A stretch of 64,000 nucleotides of DNA, taken from positions 645,608 to 709,607 of the forward strand of contig CAUJCN010000002.1 in the NCBI GenBank assembly GCA_963169855.1. Reading direction: 5' to 3'. This document shows positions 60,894-64,000 of this stretch, piece after piece. Origin of the DNA: Patescibacteria group bacterium (lineage in GTDB: Bacteria > Patescibacteriota > Dojkabacteria > J137). How positions within the stretch are numbered: position 1 is the first letter of the stretch; each line of letters starts with the position of its first letter. A program made the position numbers and the translations under genes. The notes below the pieces were generated by a model. The model was not told where the DNA came from. It was given only the letters and a program-made list of their open reading frames with translations, and made no database searches.

Positions 60894-63353
60894 ATGCAAT
60901 CAGATATAATAGGAACTATTCTCATAGCGGCACTAATATTAGTACTAGTGATAGTGCTGATTTTCAGTATCTATTCATGGCTTCTTGATGAACTAAAAGA
61001 AAGAGTATTGATGGATAAATCTTTGAATCTTGTTTTCTACGAAATCAAATTAACCAAAAACAACGATGTAGAAATTAAGGCTATGGAACAATTGTTCTCT
61101 GGTTTAACAGGTTTTGCAGAAGATCTGAAAGGAGTAAAGCAATTCATTGGAGCTAGAACTTTTGTCAGTTTCGAACTAGTCGCTTATTATCAAAGTATTA
61201 GATTCTATGTTGTTTGCCCAAAAAAGATTTCCAGTGTTGTAGATAGATTGATTAACGGAACTTACCCAAGTGCAGAAATTCTAAAAGTTAAAGAATACAA
61301 TTTATTCCCAGATAGTGGTCATGTTTCTTACGGAATTCTAGAGCACGATAAAGATTGGAAAATCCCAATTCAAACTTATGAAGAATTACCTGTTGATAGT
61401 TTAGCTACGCTTACAGATGTAATGAGTAAACTAGGTCCAGGTGAATCCGCATGTTTCCAATTAGTTATCGCACCAGCTGGAGGAGGGTGGATTAATAAAT
61501 CTAAGGAGTACGCAAAAAAGATTAGAGAAGATGCACAACCAAAAGAAGCTAAGGAGGGAGAAAAAGCTCCTAAGCCACCAAAGCAGAAAGTTCCAGACGA
61601 AACTCTTCAGTTGATCGAAAGAAAAGCAGAAAAGAACGGATTCTTTTCAGATTTAAGAATTGTAGTTTGTTCTCCAGACAAATTTTCTAGTGAAAACCAC
61701 ATGACTAATATCGTTAGTACATTCGACCAATTCTCTAAGATTGGAGGAAACAAACTAAAAAAAGTAAAGATGAAAAAAGCTGCAGATAGAGCTAAGTACA
61801 AGAATATTGCTAGAGATGTAATCTACAGAATTCCAAGAAGCAAAGCAGTTTTAAATGCAGCAGAACTAGCTACTCTTTATCACTTGCCTAACAAGAATAT
61901 TCAAGCTCCGCATATCAAATGGATGATTTCTAAGAAACTTCCAGCACCAGACTTTACAGTTAATACATGGGAAAAAGATTACATGTATATTGGAAAGAAT
62001 ACTTTCCGAGGTTCAGAAAAAGAAATCTTCTTAAAACCAGATGCAAGACTAAGACACTTCTATATCATCGGACAAACTGGATCTGGTAAATCTGGATTTA
62101 TGTTGAGTATGATGGTTCGAGACATCAAGATGGGACATGGGTGTGCGTATATCGATCCACACGGTTCAGATGCAGATAAAGTTCTTCAACAGATTCCACC
62201 AGAGAGAATAGAGGACGTGATTATTTTCGACCCTTCAGATATAGAAAGACCTTTAGGATTAAACATGTTGGAATTTAAAACTCCTGCTCAAAAGACTTTG
62301 GTTACAAACGAAATGTTGAACATCTTCGATAGTTTATACAACTTGAAAGTAACTGGAGGACCTATGTTCGAACAGTACTTCAGATATGGAATTATGCTTT
62401 TAACAGAAGATATCGAATCAGGATCAACTTTATTAGAAATTCCTAAGCTCTTCGCAGACGAAGGTTATAGAAACTACAAACTTTCGAAATGTAAAGATCA
62501 GGAAGTTATCGATTTCTGGAGAAAGCAAGCGGAAGCAGCAGGAGGAGAAGCATCGCTAAAAAACATCGTTCCTTATGTTGTTTCTAAACTTGCACCATTC
62601 TTAACAAACGCTTATCTTAGACCAATTGTTGCTCAGCAGAACTCTACAATCGATTTTAGAGATATTATGGATAACAAAAAAATCCTGATCGCAAAGTTAT
62701 CTAAAGGTAGAATCGGAGAATTAAACGCAAACTTATTAGGAATGATCTTAATCGGTAAATTGTTAGTAGGCGCGTTAGAAAGAGACGATATTCCAGAAGC
62801 AGACAGAATTCCTTTCTACTTATACATCGACGAGTTCCAAAACTTCTTAACAGATGGAATTCAAATCATTCTTTCTGAAGCTAGAAAATACAAGTTATCT
62901 TTGACTATTGCTCACCAGTTCTTAGGACAGTTAACAAGACAAGGAGGAGACACAAAGATTAAAGATGCTGTATTCGGTAACGTTGGTAACAAAGCAATCT
63001 TCAGAGTTGGAGAAGAAGATTCACCATTCTTAAGAAAAGTATTAGACGGAGATTTAGAAGAGTCTGATTTACAACAGGCGGAAAACCTTACAGCATTTAC
63101 AAAAATCCAGGTTGATGGAAAACCTACCCCAGCATTCACGCTTAGAGCGGTTTACGGCGAGTCTCCATACGATATGATGACAGAACCTAACCCACAGCTT
63201 GCGGACTTAATTAGACAGATCTCAAGGCTAAAATATGGCAAAGATATTAGCCTTATAGAGAATGAAGTTAAGTTAAGAGGAAGCTTTATTAAAGAGAAGA
63301 CCGAGGAAGCTAAGAAACCAGGCGGAATGTTTGGTGGATTCCCTGGGTTTTAA
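60894..63353 (+). CDS. VirB4/TrbE-like type IV secretion ATPase (P-loop, FtsK/HerA superfamily) with N-terminal TM
   Basis: Walker A IIGQTGSGKSGF at about residue 397 of 820, followed by AYIDPHGS; Walker B FYLYIDEFQNF; AHQFLGQL. Size and motif positions fit VirB4 rather than VirD4. Confidence 0.65.
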   Translation: MQSDIIGTILIAALILVLVIVLIFSIYSWLLDELKERVLMDKSLNLVFYEIKLTKNNDVEIKAMEQLFSGLTGFAEDLKGVKQFIGARTFVSFELVAYYQSIRFYVVCPKKISSVVDRLINGTYPSAEILKVKEYNLFPDSGHVSYGILEHDKDWKIPIQTYEELPVDSLATLTDVMSKLGPGESACFQLVIAPAGGGWINKSKEYAKKIREDAQPKEAKEGEKAPKPPKQKVPDETLQLIERKAEKNGFFSDLRIVVCSPDKFSSENHMTNIVSTFDQFSKIGGNKLKKVKMKKAADRAKYKNIARDVIYRIPRSKAVLNAAELATLYHLPNKNIQAPHIKWMISKKLPAPDFTVNTWEKDYMYIGKNTFRGSEKEIFLKPDARLRHFYIIGQTGSGKSGFMLSMMVRDIKMGHGCAYIDPHGSDADKVLQQIPPERIEDVIIFDPSDIERPLGLNMLEFKTPAQKTLVTNEMLNIFDSLYNLKVTGGPMFEQYFRYGIMLLTEDIESGSTLLEIPKLFADEGYRNYKLSKCKDQEVIDFWRKQAEAAGGEASLKNIVPYVVSKLAPFLTNAYLRPIVAQQNSTIDFRDIMDNKKILIAKLSKGRIGELNANLLGMILIGKLLVGALERDDIPEADRIPFYLYIDEFQNFLTDGIQIILSEARKYKLSLTIAHQFLGQLTRQGGDTKIKDAVFGNVGNKAIFRVGEEDSPFLRKVLDGDLEESDLQQAENLTAFTKIQVDGKPTPAFTLRAVYGESPYDMMTEPNPQLADLIRQISRLKYGKDISLIENEVKLRGSFIKEKTEEAKKPGGMFGGFPGF

Positions 63354-63551
63354 AATAAATTTCAAATACCAAAAACCAAATTTCAAAATCACACTTCCTA
63401 ATATCCAATTCACTACGCATTTGATATAATTTCGGGACTAAGGTTTTTAGATCCACAGTTCTTTAAAAAAGTGAGATTTTAAATAATAGACCCTAGGCTC
63501 ATATAATGAGCAGTTCTTTCCTTGCTGAGGAATGAATCACGTAAGTATAGT

Positions 63552-63625
63552 AGGCCTTTAGCTCAGGTGGTTAGAGCACAGTTCTTATAAAGCTGGGGTC
63601 CGCAGTTCGAGTCTGCGAAGGCCTA
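63552..63625 (+). tRNA. tRNA with anticodon TAT (tRNA-Ile2-like, UAU); no encoded CCA
   Basis: Manual fold: acceptor AGGCCTT/AAGGCCT, D-arm TAGCTCAGGTGGTTAGAGC, anticodon stem CAGTT/AGCTG with loop CTTATAA, T-arm CGCAG-TTCGAGT-CTGCG. Confidence 0.7.
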
Positions 63626-63649
63626 CTATACTTATTCTTGATTCCGAAG

Positions 63650-63730
63650 TTAAAGCTATGGTCCGGAGTTCAAGTCTGCGAAGGCCTATTATTTGAGTTT
63701 AACTCTTTTCTTTTTAAAGCTGGGGTTCAG
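63650..63730 (+). repeat. degenerate direct copies of the tRNA 3' half (63650-63688: TTAAAGCTATGGTCCGGAGTTCAAGTCTGCGAAGGCCTA; 63714-63730: TTAAAGCTGGGGTTCAG)
   Basis: Compare tRNA 63584-63626 ATAAAGCTGGGGTCCGCAGTTCGAGTCTGCGAAGGCCTA. Confidence 0.65.
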
Positions 63731-63827
63731 TACTTATCACGCTCATCTGTGAGCAGTAATTCCTGAAATTCAAGATTTGATACTTCAAATTTCAGATTTT
63801 GAATTTCGAACGAAGTGAGTTAGATTT

Positions 63828-64000
63828 CTTTCAAGCCTCTAAATTCTTTTTCTTTATACTTCTTGCTCAATAGCTCGATGTATCTTTCTGTTGTAGCTAA
63901 AGATTTGTGACCAATGATTGCAGATAATTCTTTTACAGGAACACCGTTAGATAATTGAAACACCAAGAACGCATTTCTAAAATCGTTGACACTAGCTCCT
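63828..64000 (-). CDS. tyrosine recombinase/phage-type integrase, C-terminal part (gene continues beyond window)
   Basis: Reverse-strand translation ...NAFLVFQLSNGVPVKELSAIIGHKSLATTERYIELLSKKYKEKEFRGLKEI*: LGH.s...T..Y motif containing the catalytic Tyr. Confidence 0.75.

Overview
This 64 kb window is AT-rich, gene-dense chromosomal DNA. It uses the standard genetic code and almost every gene ends in TAA. The gene content and style (short YidC, sortase, RNase Y, many overlapping start/stop junctions, many small hypothetical membrane proteins) fit a small-genome, Gram-positive-like bacterium. It could be a Patescibacteria/CPR-type symbiont, but the taxon is inference only.

Housekeeping genes recognisable from the translations:
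- ftsZ, rpoD, rny, and a minus-strand run of Amidase_3-like gene, parB, parA, lepB and ileS.
- A plus-strand pentose-phosphate operon tkt-zwf-gnd-tal, followed by fmt and a Y-family DNA polymerase.
- rluB/rsuA-like, an AI-2E family transporter, a stand-alone UmuD-like S24 peptidase, mltG, ruvX and comFC.
- An unannotated tmRNA (ssrA) candidate, then yidC, rplY, groES/groEL, a membrane-anchored Clp/Hsp100 ATPase and smpB.

Accessory or unusual content:
- A 1583-aa secreted, highly repetitive fibre-like protein carrying two tandem phage-tailspike-type intramolecular-chaperone (peptidase S74-like) autoprocessing domains and an internal 285-bp tandem duplication.
- Next to it, an SH3b plus HExxH protein, then a tRNA-Asn(GTT) whose 3' end is duplicated 100 bp downstream (att-like).
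- A 14 kb plus-strand cluster with six tandem paralogous VirB2/TrbC-like pilin genes, a SpoIID/LytB-domain protein, membrane and coiled-coil proteins, a PP2C-like giant protein and a VirB4-like ATPase. Together these look like a non-canonical T4SS-like or pilus apparatus.
- At the right edge, a tRNA with anticodon TAT followed by degenerate copies of its 3' half and the C-terminus of a tyrosine integrase, marking an integration hotspot.
- A HEPN-MNT fusion, a Lon AAA+ module lacking both the LAN and protease domains, two paralogous CopG/RHH regulators with sensor-like N-domains, and a CYTH gene interrupted by an in-frame TGA.

No CRISPR array or rRNA was seen.
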